From NCBI GenBank assembly GCA_035655155.1, contig DASRVH010000107.1:25814-89813 (forward strand): a stretch of 64,000 nt of DNA. Direction: 5' to 3'. The number at the start of each line of letters is the position of its first letter. The first letter of the stretch is position 1. The notes under the pieces were generated by a model. The model had not been told where the DNA came from. It searched no databases and saw nothing but the letters and a program-made list of their open reading frames with translations. Below are positions 27,891 to 37,526 of the stretch, piece after piece. The translations under genes and the position numbers were made by a program. The DNA comes from Woeseiaceae bacterium (lineage in GTDB: Bacteria > Pseudomonadota > Gammaproteobacteria > Steroidobacterales > Woeseiaceae).

Positions 27891-28391
27891 TCAGCTGTCG
27901 TCCGTGCCGGTTGCCGGCGGCACGGGCCTCAGCTCCGGCCGCACGGCGTAGATGCCGTGGCGCAGCGCCGCAATGCCGAACACGAGGGGGATCACCGCCT
28001 GGATGGGCCACACGGGCAGGCGCAGAATCTCGGAGCGCTCGTCGAGCCGGACGCTGGTGATCACCATGTCGGTCGCGATGGCGGCGAAGGCGATACAGAA
28101 GAGAGCGAACAGGGCATGCTGCAGGAAAGCGAGCTGGAATTCCCAGCGCGCCGGCAGCCATCCGTCCGCGAACCGGGGGCGCAGGTGAGACCCGCTGGCA
28201 GAGGCCAGCCCGATCCCGAACATGACGACGACGATATTGAAATAGACGCCGACCTGTCGCGCCCAGGGCAGTCCGATACCGGTGACCTCCCGCGCCAGCA
28301 CATCGGCGAACACGACGCCGACCATGCCGCTGAAGGCGACGATGACGATGGTCCGCTCGACGCGATGCAGGGACGCCAGCAGCTCTTTCAC
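27891..28391 (-). CDS. dctQ: TRAP transporter small permease
   Basis: The GTG at 28391 (VKELLASLHRVERTIVIVAFSGMVGVVFADVLARE...) gives about 166 aa with 4 TM. The track ORF start at 28553 adds an Arg-rich non-membrane extension. Confidence 0.75.
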   Translation of the reverse strand: MKELLASLHRVERTIVIVAFSGMVGVVFADVLAREVTGIGLPWARQVGVYFNIVVVMFGIGLASASGSHLRPRFADGWLPARWEFQLAFLQHALFALFCIAFAAIATDMVITSVRLDERSEILRLPVWPIQAVIPLVFGIAALRHGIYAVRPELRPVPPATGTDDS

Positions 28392-28606
28392 ATCGTGCCC
28401 CCGCGGCCCGGGCCTTTCAGCACTGGCAACTTCATGCTCCTGTCGATACCGTCCCGCGCGCGGCGTCGCGCCGCGGGCCGAGTATCGCAGACTCCGGTCG
28501 CCGAGTGCGAATGGCGCCTGCCGGCTGCACCGGAGCCGGTCGTGGCGTACCATTGCAAGCGCAACGGGATTCGCCGGGGAACCGACGGGAAAACGACGGG
28601 AACACG

Positions 28607-29221
28607 ATGATCACGCTCTACACGTCAGCCACGGCCAACGGTCAGAAGGCCGCCATCGCTCTCGAAGAGGCAGCCCTCGATTACCGCACCCGCATACTCG
28701 ATCTTGCCGCCGGGGAACACCTGGACGCCTCGGTGCTGGCACTGAACCCGGTGGGACGGATACCTTTCATCGAGCCCGGGGACGACGACGCGGGCCCGGT
28801 GATCTACGGCACGCTGCCGGTGGCCGTCTACGCCGCGGAACGCAGCGGCCGGCTATTGCCCGCCTCCGGCCCCGCCCGCTATGCCGTGCTGCAGTGGGCC
28901 GCTTTCGCCGCCACCGATCTGGGCCACGTATTCGCCAATCAGTTCCTGCTGGAGGAGCTGGTCGGCACGAAGGACGAGCGGGTGCGCGAGTTCGTCCACC
29001 GCCAGATCGCGCGCATGCTCGGTATCGTGGAGGAGCGGCTGGGACAGGCGCAGTATCTGGCGGGCGACGAGTACAGCATCGCCGACGTGCTCGCCTACCC
29101 CACCGCTGCCAACTCGGCCGGCCGGCTGCCCCGCAGGCTCGAGGATTATCCGAACATCCGCCGCTGGGCGGACGGCGTCGGCAGCCGCCCGGCCGTGGCC
29201 CGCGGGATGGAGGCTGCGTGA
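28607..29221 (+). CDS. Glutathione S-transferase, Nu-class (YfcG/YghU-like)
   Basis: From ATG 28607. MITLYTSATANGQKAAIALEEAALDYRTRILDL...NPVGRIP parallels the E. coli YfcG N-terminus as I recall it. Confidence 0.8.
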   Translation: MITLYTSATANGQKAAIALEEAALDYRTRILDLAAGEHLDASVLALNPVGRIPFIEPGDDDAGPVIYGTLPVAVYAAERSGRLLPASGPARYAVLQWAAFAATDLGHVFANQFLLEELVGTKDERVREFVHRQIARMLGIVEERLGQAQYLAGDEYSIADVLAYPTAANSAGRLPRRLEDYPNIRRWADGVGSRPAVARGMEAA

Positions 29222-30288
29222 GACAACTGCGCCCGGGCGTCGCCGGCGTCGTCCTGGCCGTCCTGCTGAGCCTCGCGGCGGGCTGCGGCGAGAGCACGCC
29301 GGATACCTCGCGGCTGCGCGTCACCGCTCTGAGTCCGCCGGGCACGCCGTGGCACGAGGGCTGGCTACGCTTCGAGGAGCGCTTCCACGCCGGAAACGAC
29401 ACCGATCTCGAGCTGGACATGTTCGTCACGGGTCAACTCGGCAGCGAGGAGACCATGCTCTCCAGCCTGCGGCGCGGCCGCGTCCACATCGGCGGCTTCT
29501 CCCTGCAGGGCCTCGCGGTCGTGGTGCCGGAGCTGAACGTCCTGCTCGCGCCCTATCTGTTCGAATCGGTGGGCGAGATCGACTTCGTCATCGACAACTA
29601 CCTGACGCCCGCGTTCCGGGAACTGTTCGCTGCCAAAGGCATGGAACTGCTGCAGTGGGCCGAGGTCGGCTGGACCCACATCTACGGACTGACGCCCATC
29701 ATCACGCCGGAAGACGCCCGGGACCGGCCGATGCGGGCCTCCAACGCCATCGGCTCCCAGGTCTTCACCGAGGCCATAGGCGCCGACAGCACGCCGGTCA
29801 CTTTCTCCGAGGTGATCCCCTCGCTGCAGACCGGCCTGATCGAGAGCGGCCAGAGCGGCACGGGCATGTATGCCATCGCCGGTATCTCCCGTGAGGCCAA
29901 ACACCTGACGCTGACCCGCCACGCCTTCGACACCGGACTCATCGTGGCGAACCGCAGCTGGTTCCGCGCGCTATCCGAGCGCAAGCAGGAGATCATCATG
30001 AACTCCCTGGACCCGCTGCAGTACAGTCGGGACGACGTACGGCAGGTCCTCGCGGACATCCTGACCGAACAGCTCCCGGCCCAGTCGGTGGAGGTCCACC
30101 GGCTGGACCAGCAACAGCGGCAGCGCTGGCGCGCCGCGCTCGCCGGCACCCACGAGACGCTGCTCGAGCGCGTCGGCGGCCAGGCCCGGGAGATCTATCG
30201 CCTGGTGCAGGAGGGGAAGCGGGAATGGGACCGCCTGCACGAGGCCGGCGTGGTGCCGGGCGAACGCGCGGCGGACGAGCGAGACTGA
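29218..30288 (+). CDS. dctP: TRAP transporter solute-binding protein, predicted lipoprotein
   Basis: GTG at 29218 overlaps the GST stop (GTGA). The lipobox is LLSLAAGC. DctP-like blocks are present (FVTGQLGSEETMLSSLRRGRV, VPELNVLLAPYLFES, MRASNAIGSQVFTEAIGA). Confidence 0.8.
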   Translation: MRQLRPGVAGVVLAVLLSLAAGCGESTPDTSRLRVTALSPPGTPWHEGWLRFEERFHAGNDTDLELDMFVTGQLGSEETMLSSLRRGRVHIGGFSLQGLAVVVPELNVLLAPYLFESVGEIDFVIDNYLTPAFRELFAAKGMELLQWAEVGWTHIYGLTPIITPEDARDRPMRASNAIGSQVFTEAIGADSTPVTFSEVIPSLQTGLIESGQSGTGMYAIAGISREAKHLTLTRHAFDTGLIVANRSWFRALSERKQEIIMNSLDPLQYSRDDVRQVLADILTEQLPAQSVEVHRLDQQQRQRWRAALAGTHETLLERVGGQAREIYRLVQEGKREWDRLHEAGVVPGERAADERD

Positions 30289-30304
30289 CGGAGGAACGAG
30301 GACC

Positions 30305-30904
30305 ATGCCACAGCCCGATTACATCATCGCCCTGGACATCGAACTGCCGGATCCGGCCGACCTGGACGCCGACATGGCGAAATATTTCCGGGTGTGCGAG
30401 GAGAAGCTCGGGATCGTGCCGAACGTGCTGAAGGCCCACAGCTTCGACCAGGACCAGCTGCGCGCTTTCGCCGGCTTCTACAACGGCCTGATGCTGGAGG
30501 AGTCCGGTCTCACGCCCCTGGAGCGGGAGATGATCGCCGTCGTGGTCTCGTCGGCCAACCACTGCTACTACTGCCTGGTCGCCCACGGCGCCTCGGTGCG
30601 GGAGATGTCCGGAGACCCGGAGCTCGGCGAGATGCTCGTCATGAACTACCGGGTGGCGCCGCTGGAGCCACGCACGCGGGCGATGCTCGATTTCGCCTGG
30701 AAGCTCACCGTCACGCCCCAGCAGATCGTGGACGAGGACAGGGAGGAGCTTCGCAGCTACGGCTTCGGCGAACGCGATGTCTGGGACATCGCCGCGGTCG
30801 CCTCGTTCTTCAACATGAGCAACCGGATGGCCACGGCGGTGGACATGATGCCTAACCGGGAGTACCACGCCGCCCACCGCGGGGCGGAACCGACCGGACG
30901 CTAG
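30305..30904 (+). CDS. AhpD-like / carboxymuconolactone decarboxylase family peroxidase-related protein
   Basis: 199 aa with the CxxC motif in SSANHCYYCLVAHG, typical of the AhpD-like fold. Confidence 0.75.
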   Translation: MPQPDYIIALDIELPDPADLDADMAKYFRVCEEKLGIVPNVLKAHSFDQDQLRAFAGFYNGLMLEESGLTPLEREMIAVVVSSANHCYYCLVAHGASVREMSGDPELGEMLVMNYRVAPLEPRTRAMLDFAWKLTVTPQQIVDEDREELRSYGFGERDVWDIAAVASFFNMSNRMATAVDMMPNREYHAAHRGAEPTGR

Positions 30905-31554
30905 CTCGCCGCCTTCTCCCGCGGCGCCAGGCCGAAGACGCGCCGCGCGGCCAGGATGTGGCTGCGCATGACCGAAGCCGCCCAGTCGGGATCGCGGGCC
31001 TCGATGGCGGCCACAAGTTCGAGGTGGTGCTGGGCGCTGCGGACCAGCGATTCGGTGTCGTAGTTGCGGAAGGTCAGCGTGACCAGCGCCGACTGGGTCA
31101 GCGTGGTGAGAATGTTGCGCAGCAAGCGGTTGCCGCCGGCCTCGGCGATCTCGTGATGGAAGCGGTCGTTCAGCTCGCTGATGCGGGCGGGATAGCCCGG
31201 CTTGCGTTGCCGGGAGGCCTGCACCTGCTGCTCTGCCAGCGAGCGCAGGCGGGCCACCGTCTGCGCGTCCGCGTGCCGTGCCGCCTGGGCGGCGGCAAAG
31301 GACTCCAGCACCGCGCGCAGGTCGAAGATCTCGTCCAGTTCCCGCTCGGACCAGCTGGTGACGACCGCGCCCTGATTCGGCACGAATTCCAGCAGGCCCT
31401 CGACGTTCAGCTGGCGCAAGGCCTCGCGCACGGGCGTCCGGCTGACCCCGGCCAGCTCCGCCACCTCCTGCTCGGTGATGCGCGTGCCCGGTGCGTACTT
31501 GCCCGAGACGATGCCGTCCCGGACTGCCGCGTAGGCTTTCTCGACGGCTTTCAC
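30901..31554 (-). CDS. GntR-family transcriptional regulator (FadR/FCD subfamily)
   Basis: The winged-HTH is GTRITEQEVAELAGVSRTPVREALRQLNVEGLL, followed by an all-helical C-terminal FCD-like domain. The start is ambiguous (GTG 31554 or 31575, or 31617 as in the track). Confidence 0.8.
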   Translation of the reverse strand: MKAVEKAYAAVRDGIVSGKYAPGTRITEQEVAELAGVSRTPVREALRQLNVEGLLEFVPNQGAVVTSWSERELDEIFDLRAVLESFAAAQAARHADAQTVARLRSLAEQQVQASRQRKPGYPARISELNDRFHHEIAEAGGNRLLRNILTTLTQSALVTLTFRNYDTESLVRSAQHHLELVAAIEARDPDWAASVMRSHILAARRVFGLAPREKAAS

Positions 31555-31616
31555 GCTGCCCCCCCGCCGGCTAACATCGCAAACGAGACACCCACGGCGG
31601 CAAGCGGAGAACCCCA

Positions 31617-32309
31617 TTGAGCGGCATCACGGTCTACGGTCTGCTGGACTATTTCCATATCCTCTTACTTGTCTTCTGGCTCGGCACCGACCTCGGCGTC
31701 CTGCTGGCCGCGCGGCGCGTCCGCGATGCCGCCCTCACCCCGGCCGAGCGCCTCACGCTGCTCGATCTGGCGCTCAGGATCGACTTGCTGCCCCGAATCG
31801 CCTTCAGTCTCATGTTCGCCGTCGGCGCGACGCTGGGCTACCTCGGCGGCACGCTGCCGGTACCCGGCTGGGGTCTCGCCCTCCTCTGGGCGCTCACGGC
31901 CCTGTGGCTGACCCTCACCGTCGCACTGGTAGCCGCAGAGGGCAAGCCCGCTCAGGGCCTGCTCGCGGCCGTACAGCGCATCTGGCTGGTCGCCGTAGCC
32001 GGCGCCTGCGGGCTGGCGGCGCTGTGGCTGCTCGCCGGCAACGGCGCGATGCCGGTGCCCGGCTGGCTGGCGCTGAAGATCGGCCTGTACGGACTCGTGT
32101 GTCTTGCCGCCATCGGCATCGACCGCGCCTTCCTGCCGCTCGTCCCGGCGATGGGCGAGCTGGCCCGATCCGGCAGCTCGCCCGCGCTGGAGTCCCGCAT
32201 CAGCGGCGCGATCGACCACGCTCTGCGCTACGTCTACTCCCTCTATGGCCTCCTGTTCCTGGCCGGGCTCCTCGGCGTCACGAAGCCGATTTTCGCCATT
32301 GCCGTCTGA
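31617..32309 (+). CDS. Integral membrane protein of unknown function (paralog B)
   Basis: The TTG start is preceded by GGAGA. 230 aa. LLLVFWLGTDLGVLLAARR...LPRIAF and WLALKIGLYGL align with paralog A (FAYWLGGDLGVFYASRF...SPRICM, WIALKLLLFAV). Confidence 0.65.
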   Translation: MSGITVYGLLDYFHILLLVFWLGTDLGVLLAARRVRDAALTPAERLTLLDLALRIDLLPRIAFSLMFAVGATLGYLGGTLPVPGWGLALLWALTALWLTLTVALVAAEGKPAQGLLAAVQRIWLVAVAGACGLAALWLLAGNGAMPVPGWLALKIGLYGLVCLAAIGIDRAFLPLVPAMGELARSGSSPALESRISGAIDHALRYVYSLYGLLFLAGLLGVTKPIFAIAV

Positions 32310-32347
32310 CGCCGCGGCCTGATGTCCGCGCAGACCGGGGACGGCCG

Positions 32348-34273
32348 TCAGGCCGCCCTCGACTTGCGCCCGGCTTTTTTCTTCTTCACCGCCACCCGGT
32401 TGTCGGCCTTCACCCAGGTCTTGAACTCGGGCTGGCGCGGCGGATTCATGCCTGTCTCGCGCTTGCAGCGCTTCTTCAGTTCATCGATGGTGCCGCCCTT
32501 GTCGAACAGCTGGGTAGAACCCCGCTTCTTCGCCATGCGGGCGCGCAGCGCCCTGGTCTTCTTCTCGTCGACGCTCAGGTCCGAGTTCAGCACCACGCCG
32601 TAGCGCCGCGCCCCGTCCACGGTGACCAGGCCCGCATCGACGTCGGCGGCGACCTTCTCTGCGGGCCGCTCCAGGGGATCGCCCCAGCCGCCGCCGCCCC
32701 AGGTGTCGAAATAAAGCAGATCGCCCTCGCGCACCTCGATGCGGTCGCATTTCGAGGGCAGCAGCTCCTCGCTGCCGTTGGTGCGCATCAGGACCTTCTG
32801 GCTGCGCTGGCCGGGCAGCCCGCCGTTGACGCCCCACGGATACGTCAGCCAGCGGTCGTCGTGGATGGAGATCTCGCCGTCCTCCAGGAAGCGATAGCCC
32901 ACCCGCAGCGCGTTGCCGCCCCGGTGGAAACCGGGCCCGCCGCTGTCCGGGATGGTCTCGTAGACGTCGATGCGCAGCGGAAAATAACTCTCCAGGAACT
33001 CGTTCGGCACGTTGGTGAAGCTCGGCCACAGGGAATGGCCGTCCGGGCCGTCGCCGGAGGGCTTGCCCGGCACGCCGCCGAAGCCGATCTGATAGAGCTG
33101 GTACCACTCTCCGTCCTTGTCGTAGCCCGAGTACATGAAGTGCGGGCTGTCGGAGAATCCGGCGGCGCAGAGGAAGTCCGGATTGCCCTGGCCGAGCAGA
33201 CCGCCGAGCACGTCGAAGATGCGTCCCAGGGCGTGGGTGCGGCAGGACAGCGCCGCGGGCTTCTTCGGCTTCAGCAGCGTGCCCTCCGGGATGCGCACCT
33301 CCATCAGGTCGTAGAAGCCGTCGTTGAACATGATCTGGGGGTCGAAGACCATGATCATGTAGACGCCGCAGAACATCTTGAACATCTCCTCGTTCAGGAG
33401 GAAGTTCACGGAGCCGATGGACTGCGGGTCGGTCCCCTCGAAGTCGAAGATGACCTTGTTCCCCTCGCGCCACATCGCACAGCGGATCTTGTAGGGCCCC
33501 ATGCCGAGGCCGTCGTCGCAGAGGTAGTCTTCGAAAACCTGCTTCTCCGTCGGCACGGTGTCCTTGATGAGCCTGCCCATCGCCCGCTTGTTGCGGTCCA
33601 GCAGATCCTCCAGCGCCGAGTACAGGATGTCGTCGCCGAAGCGGTTGGCGAGCTCGATGACACGCTTCTCCGCGGTGCGCACGGCCGCGACGATCGCGTT
33701 GAAATCCGAGCGGTTCCAGTGCGGCAGGCGGCAGTTGTGCAGGATCAGCTCCAGCACGTCTTCCTGCAGCTCGTCCTTCTTGTAGATCTTCGTCGGCGGC
33801 ACGCAGATGCCTTCCTCGTAAATCTGGCGCGCATCGGTGGGCAGCGAGCCCGGCACCTTGCCGCCGATGTCCGTCATATGGCCGAACATGGCCGAGTACG
33901 CGATCAGGCGGCCGTCCTTGAAGATGGGGCGCAACAGCAGCCAGTCGTTGGCATGGCTGACGGCGCCGTTGCAGGCATAGGGGTCCGAGGTCAGGAAGAT
34001 GTCGCCCTCCTCGATGGTGCCGTCATAGGCTTCCTTGAAGCCGTGGATGAAGCTGCCGAACTGGCCGACGACCATCTTGCCGTCGACGTTGGCGATCATC
34101 GGGAACTCGTCGTGCTGCTCCCGGATGCCCGGCGACATGGCGGTGCGGAACAGCACGGTGTCCATCTCCCAGCGCGCGTTCTGCATGGCGTTCTCGATGA
34201 TGTCGAGAGTGATCGGGTCGATTTTTTCCCGCTTGAACTTGCGCGGCTTGGTCTCAACTAGTCTTGCAGGCAT
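32348..34273 (-). CDS. Hydantoinase B/oxoprolinase-family subunit (ATP-dependent cyclic-amide hydrolase, HyuB-like)
   Basis: 641 aa with the HyuB-type N-terminus (IDPITLDIIENAMQNARWEMDTVLFRTAMSPGIRE). AAGGGAG lies upstream of ATG 34273. It is adjacent to the HyuA-like gene. Confidence 0.85.
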   Translation of the reverse strand: MPARLVETKPRKFKREKIDPITLDIIENAMQNARWEMDTVLFRTAMSPGIREQHDEFPMIANVDGKMVVGQFGSFIHGFKEAYDGTIEEGDIFLTSDPYACNGAVSHANDWLLLRPIFKDGRLIAYSAMFGHMTDIGGKVPGSLPTDARQIYEEGICVPPTKIYKKDELQEDVLELILHNCRLPHWNRSDFNAIVAAVRTAEKRVIELANRFGDDILYSALEDLLDRNKRAMGRLIKDTVPTEKQVFEDYLCDDGLGMGPYKIRCAMWREGNKVIFDFEGTDPQSIGSVNFLLNEEMFKMFCGVYMIMVFDPQIMFNDGFYDLMEVRIPEGTLLKPKKPAALSCRTHALGRIFDVLGGLLGQGNPDFLCAAGFSDSPHFMYSGYDKDGEWYQLYQIGFGGVPGKPSGDGPDGHSLWPSFTNVPNEFLESYFPLRIDVYETIPDSGGPGFHRGGNALRVGYRFLEDGEISIHDDRWLTYPWGVNGGLPGQRSQKVLMRTNGSEELLPSKCDRIEVREGDLLYFDTWGGGGWGDPLERPAEKVAADVDAGLVTVDGARRYGVVLNSDLSVDEKKTRALRARMAKKRGSTQLFDKGGTIDELKKRCKRETGMNPPRQPEFKTWVKADNRVAVKKKKAGRKSRAA

Positions 34274-34291
34274 GTCGTGCTCCCTTCGTAA

Positions 34292-36349
34292 TCATGCATC
34301 GGGGCGGATGAGGATGTTGCCGAACTCGTCCACCTTGCCGGTGTGCTCGGGCAGGATCAGCGTGGTGGAGTCCATCTCCAGCACGATGGCCGGCCCGGGT
34401 ATCCGGTTGCCCGCTTTCAGCTTCGAGCGGTGATAGAGCTTCGCATCCCGATCCTTGCCGTCCACGTACACCTTGTGCTCGGCGATCACGGCATCCTTCG
34501 CGCTCTTGCCGCCCTTCTCGATCACGGCCGGCTTCACCGTCGTGGCCTTGCCGTTCACCACCGCGCGCAGGTTCACCAGTTCCTTCTCCTCGTCCAGGGC
34601 GAAGGTGAACAGCTGGCGATGCATCTCGTCGAACTGGTCGCCGATGGCGTCGAGGCCCTTCTTCTTGATGTCGCCAAGGTCCACGTCCACGGTCAGCGTG
34701 AGGCCCTGGCCGTGATAGCGCAGGTCCGCCTGGTAGGAGATGGTCTGGTCCTTCTTGGCCACACCCTCCTTGTCCAGCGTTTTCGAGGCCCTCGCCGCGA
34801 GCTGGGCGAAGATCTTCTCGAGGCCGGCCGGCGTCGTGTTCGAGAAACGCTTGATGTAGGTCCGCGCCGCTTCGTTGCGCATGCGCGTGGTAGCGTCTCC
34901 GTAGGCACAGAGCACGCCGGGCCCCGGCGGGATGATGACCGGCCAGGAGTTCATCAGGCGGCCGAGTGCGTTCGCGTGCAGGGGTCCCGCACCGCCGAAC
35001 GCGATGAGGGCGAAGTCCCGCGGATCGTAACCCTTCTCCACCGAGACCAGCCGCAGCGCGCCGAACATGTTCTCGTTCACCAGCTTGATGATGCCCTCGG
35101 CGGCGCGCTTCAACGGCAGCCCCAGCGCGTCGGCCACCTGCTTGACGGCCTTCTCGGCCAGATCCCGGCGAATCTCCATATCGCCGCCGAGCCGGGCGTC
35201 CGTGGGCAGGTAGCCCAGCACCACGTTGGCATCCGTGACAGTAGGAGCCTCGCCGCCCTTGTCGTAGGCGGCGGGGCCGGGATCGGCGCCGGCACTCTCC
35301 GGCCCGACCCGGAGCGCACCGGTGAGCTCGGGCACGTGGGCGATGGAGCCGCCGCCGGCGCCGACGGTGCGCACGTCCACGGAGGAGGCGCGCACGGTCA
35401 CGTCGCCGACGCTGGTCTCACGGCGGAGCTGCGCGTAGCCGTTCTCGACCAGCGCCACGTCCGTGGAGGTGCCGCCCATGTCGAAGGTCAGCAGGTTCGG
35501 GTAGCCGGCCTGTTTCGCCACCCAGATGGCCCCCGAGACGCCGCCCGCGGGACCGCTCATGAGCAGGTTGACCGGATAGTTCCGCGCCTGCGTCGCCGAG
35601 GCCAGGCCGCCATCGGAGCGCAGCACGTGCAGCTGCACCTCCTTGTTCAGATCCTTGCGCAGGTTGCGGCGCAGATTGTTGATGTAGGCATCCACCTTCG
35701 GGCGCACGTAGGAGTTGGCCACCGTCGTGATGGTGCGCTCGTACTCCTGCATCTCCGGCACCACCTCGGAGGACAGCGACACCGGCATCTTCGGGAAGAC
35801 CTTCTTGGCCACCTTGGCCACTTCGCGCTCGTTGGCCGGGTTGGCGTAGGAGTTGATCAGCGAGACCGTCAGCGCTTCCACGCCACGGCCTTTCAGCCTC
35901 TTCAGCTCTTTCTCGAGCTTGCCCTTGTCGAGCGGCGTGACCACCTTGCCGTCGGCACCCACGCGCTCCTGCGCCTCGACCGTCAGGGCCAGCGGCGCCA
36001 GCGGCGCGCTCTTGTTGTAGATCACCCAGCCGCCCAGCCCGCCCGGCACGAACGAGCGGGCGATCTGCAGCACCTGGCGATAGCCCTGGGTGGTGACCAG
36101 TCCCACGGTGGCGCCCTTGCCCTCCAGGATGGTGTTGGTGGCCACGGTGGTGCCGTGCATGACATGCGTGATCTTCTTCGGGTCTATGCCCGCCTCATCA
36201 CAGATCCTGGCGATGCCGTTCAGAACGCCGATGGAGGAGTCCGCGGGCGTACTCGGGACCTTCGCGGTCCAGGTTTCGCCGTTCTTCTCGTCCACGAGCA
36301 AGAGATCTGTGAACGTGCCTCCCACGTCCACGCCGAGTCGGTAGGCCAT
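34292..36349 (-). CDS. Hydantoinase A/oxoprolinase-family subunit (HyuA-like)
   Basis: 685 aa. MAYRLGVDVGGTFTDLLLV is the sugar-kinase/HSP70/actin-type ATPase N-terminus typical of HyuA. Confidence 0.9.
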   Translation of the reverse strand: MAYRLGVDVGGTFTDLLLVDEKNGETWTAKVPSTPADSSIGVLNGIARICDEAGIDPKKITHVMHGTTVATNTILEGKGATVGLVTTQGYRQVLQIARSFVPGGLGGWVIYNKSAPLAPLALTVEAQERVGADGKVVTPLDKGKLEKELKRLKGRGVEALTVSLINSYANPANEREVAKVAKKVFPKMPVSLSSEVVPEMQEYERTITTVANSYVRPKVDAYINNLRRNLRKDLNKEVQLHVLRSDGGLASATQARNYPVNLLMSGPAGGVSGAIWVAKQAGYPNLLTFDMGGTSTDVALVENGYAQLRRETSVGDVTVRASSVDVRTVGAGGGSIAHVPELTGALRVGPESAGADPGPAAYDKGGEAPTVTDANVVLGYLPTDARLGGDMEIRRDLAEKAVKQVADALGLPLKRAAEGIIKLVNENMFGALRLVSVEKGYDPRDFALIAFGGAGPLHANALGRLMNSWPVIIPPGPGVLCAYGDATTRMRNEAARTYIKRFSNTTPAGLEKIFAQLAARASKTLDKEGVAKKDQTISYQADLRYHGQGLTLTVDVDLGDIKKKGLDAIGDQFDEMHRQLFTFALDEEKELVNLRAVVNGKATTVKPAVIEKGGKSAKDAVIAEHKVYVDGKDRDAKLYHRSKLKAGNRIPGPAIVLEMDSTTLILPEHTGKVDEFGNILIRPDA

Positions 36350-36489
36350 GGCTTCCCCTTAATGGCTTTGGTTCATATCCACCGGCACGACGCGTTCGCC
36401 GCACCACAGTCGTTTCGCTGTCTCTCCCGGAGCTCCCGCACAGAATAACCGGAGTCTCGCGGCTTTGCGCGCGGCCCGCAACCGCGCCC

Positions 36490-37416
36490 TCACCCCCCGG
36501 CGGCGGCCCGCTTCGTGGCCACATCGGGGAAGATACCCGCCTTCGGCAGCATCGCCGGAACCCCCCGCCCGAGTTGCTCTTCCAGCCAGAGGCTGGTCTC
36601 GATGATCTTCGGCAGCGATACCCCCGTCTCGATGCCGGAACGCTCCAGCAGATAGACCAGGTCGTCGGTCGGGATGTTACCCGTCGCCGCCGGCGCGAAC
36701 GGGCAGCCGCCGATACCGCCGATGCTGGCATCGAGCGACGCGACCCCGGCGTCGAGCGCCGCCTGCGCGTTGGCCAGTCCCGTGTTGCGGGTGTTGTGCA
36801 GATGGCAGCGCAGCGGCATGCCGGGAACGGTCTCGGCCACGCGGCCGAGCAGGTCGCGAACCTGTGCAGGCACCGCGACGCCGATGCTGTCCGCCAGCGC
36901 CAGCTCCACCGGTTCGGCCTCCGCCACCCGGCGCACGATCTCCAGGACCCGCTCCGGCGGCACCTCCCCTTCGAAGGGACAGCCGAACGCCGACGAGACC
37001 ATGATGTTGGCACGGATACCGGCCGCCTTCGCCTGCTCGGCGATCTTCAGCCACGCCTCCACGGATTCGTCGCTGCTCACGCCCTGATTGCGGCGGTTGT
37101 AGGTATCGCTGGCCACCACCACCATGCCGACCTCATCGATGCCGCAATTGCGCGCCCGCTCGAAGCCGCGCTGGTTCAGCACCAGGCCGATGTAGGTGAT
37201 GTCGTCGCGTCGCGGCAGCGCCGCCACCAGTTCCTCGGCGCCGGCCATCTGCGGCACCTTCTTCGGATTCACGAAACTCGCGACCTCGAGACGACGGATG
37301 CCGGCATCCACCGCGCGGCGGATGAACTCCACTTTGGTGGCAACGGGCAGGATTTCCGGTTCGGACTGCAGTCCGTCCCGGGGCCCGACTTCGATGATGG
37401 AGAGGCTGCGCGTCAT
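36490..37416 (-). CDS. HMG-CoA lyase-family (DRE-TIM) acyl-CoA lyase
   Basis: From ATG 37416 (MTRSLSIIEVGPRDGLQSE...). Also HLHNTRNTGLANAQAAL and GGIGGCPFAPAATGN. The longer track ORF is an out-of-frame-like extension across the intergenic region. Confidence 0.85.
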   Translation of the reverse strand: MTRSLSIIEVGPRDGLQSEPEILPVATKVEFIRRAVDAGIRRLEVASFVNPKKVPQMAGAEELVAALPRRDDITYIGLVLNQRGFERARNCGIDEVGMVVVASDTYNRRNQGVSSDESVEAWLKIAEQAKAAGIRANIMVSSAFGCPFEGEVPPERVLEIVRRVAEAEPVELALADSIGVAVPAQVRDLLGRVAETVPGMPLRCHLHNTRNTGLANAQAALDAGVASLDASIGGIGGCPFAPAATGNIPTDDLVYLLERSGIETGVSLPKIIETSLWLEEQLGRGVPAMLPKAGIFPDVATKRAAAGG

Positions 37417-37452
37417 GGCACGTTGGCGTTCCGGGTCGATGAAACGGGACCT

Positions 37453-37480
37453 ATTGTATACAAGTGACTGAGGCAGACAA
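37453..37480 (-). promoter_or_regulatory. Predicted sigma70 promoter for the HMG-CoA-lyase-like gene
   Basis: Minus strand reads TTGTCT (37475..37480), 16 nt, TACAAT (37453..37458). The -10 lies inside the TTGTATACAA box. Confidence 0.45.
37454..37463. promoter_or_regulatory. Operator-like perfect palindrome TTGTATACAA (box 1)
   Basis: A 10-bp perfect palindrome in an AT-rich patch, 38 nt upstream of the lyase start. It fits the general GntR-type GT-Nx-AC core. Confidence 0.5.
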
Positions 37481-37516
37481 GGGAATCCTGAATGCCTTAA
37501 CGCAGATCCGGCAAAA

Positions 37517-37526
37517 TTGTATACAC
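37517..37526. promoter_or_regulatory. Operator-like box TTGTATACAC (box 2)
   Basis: A 9/10 repeat of box 1, located 63 bp away (ATTGTATACA is shared) and 60 nt upstream of the CoA-transferase start. It overlaps a possible TTAACG-17-TATACA promoter. Confidence 0.5.

Noticed and set aside
31904-34261. 785-aa plus-strand ORF antisense to hyuB; likewise 34343..36448 antisense to hyuA
   Set aside because: Both show shadow composition. The opposite-strand genes carry canonical HyuB/HyuA motifs and SD sequences.
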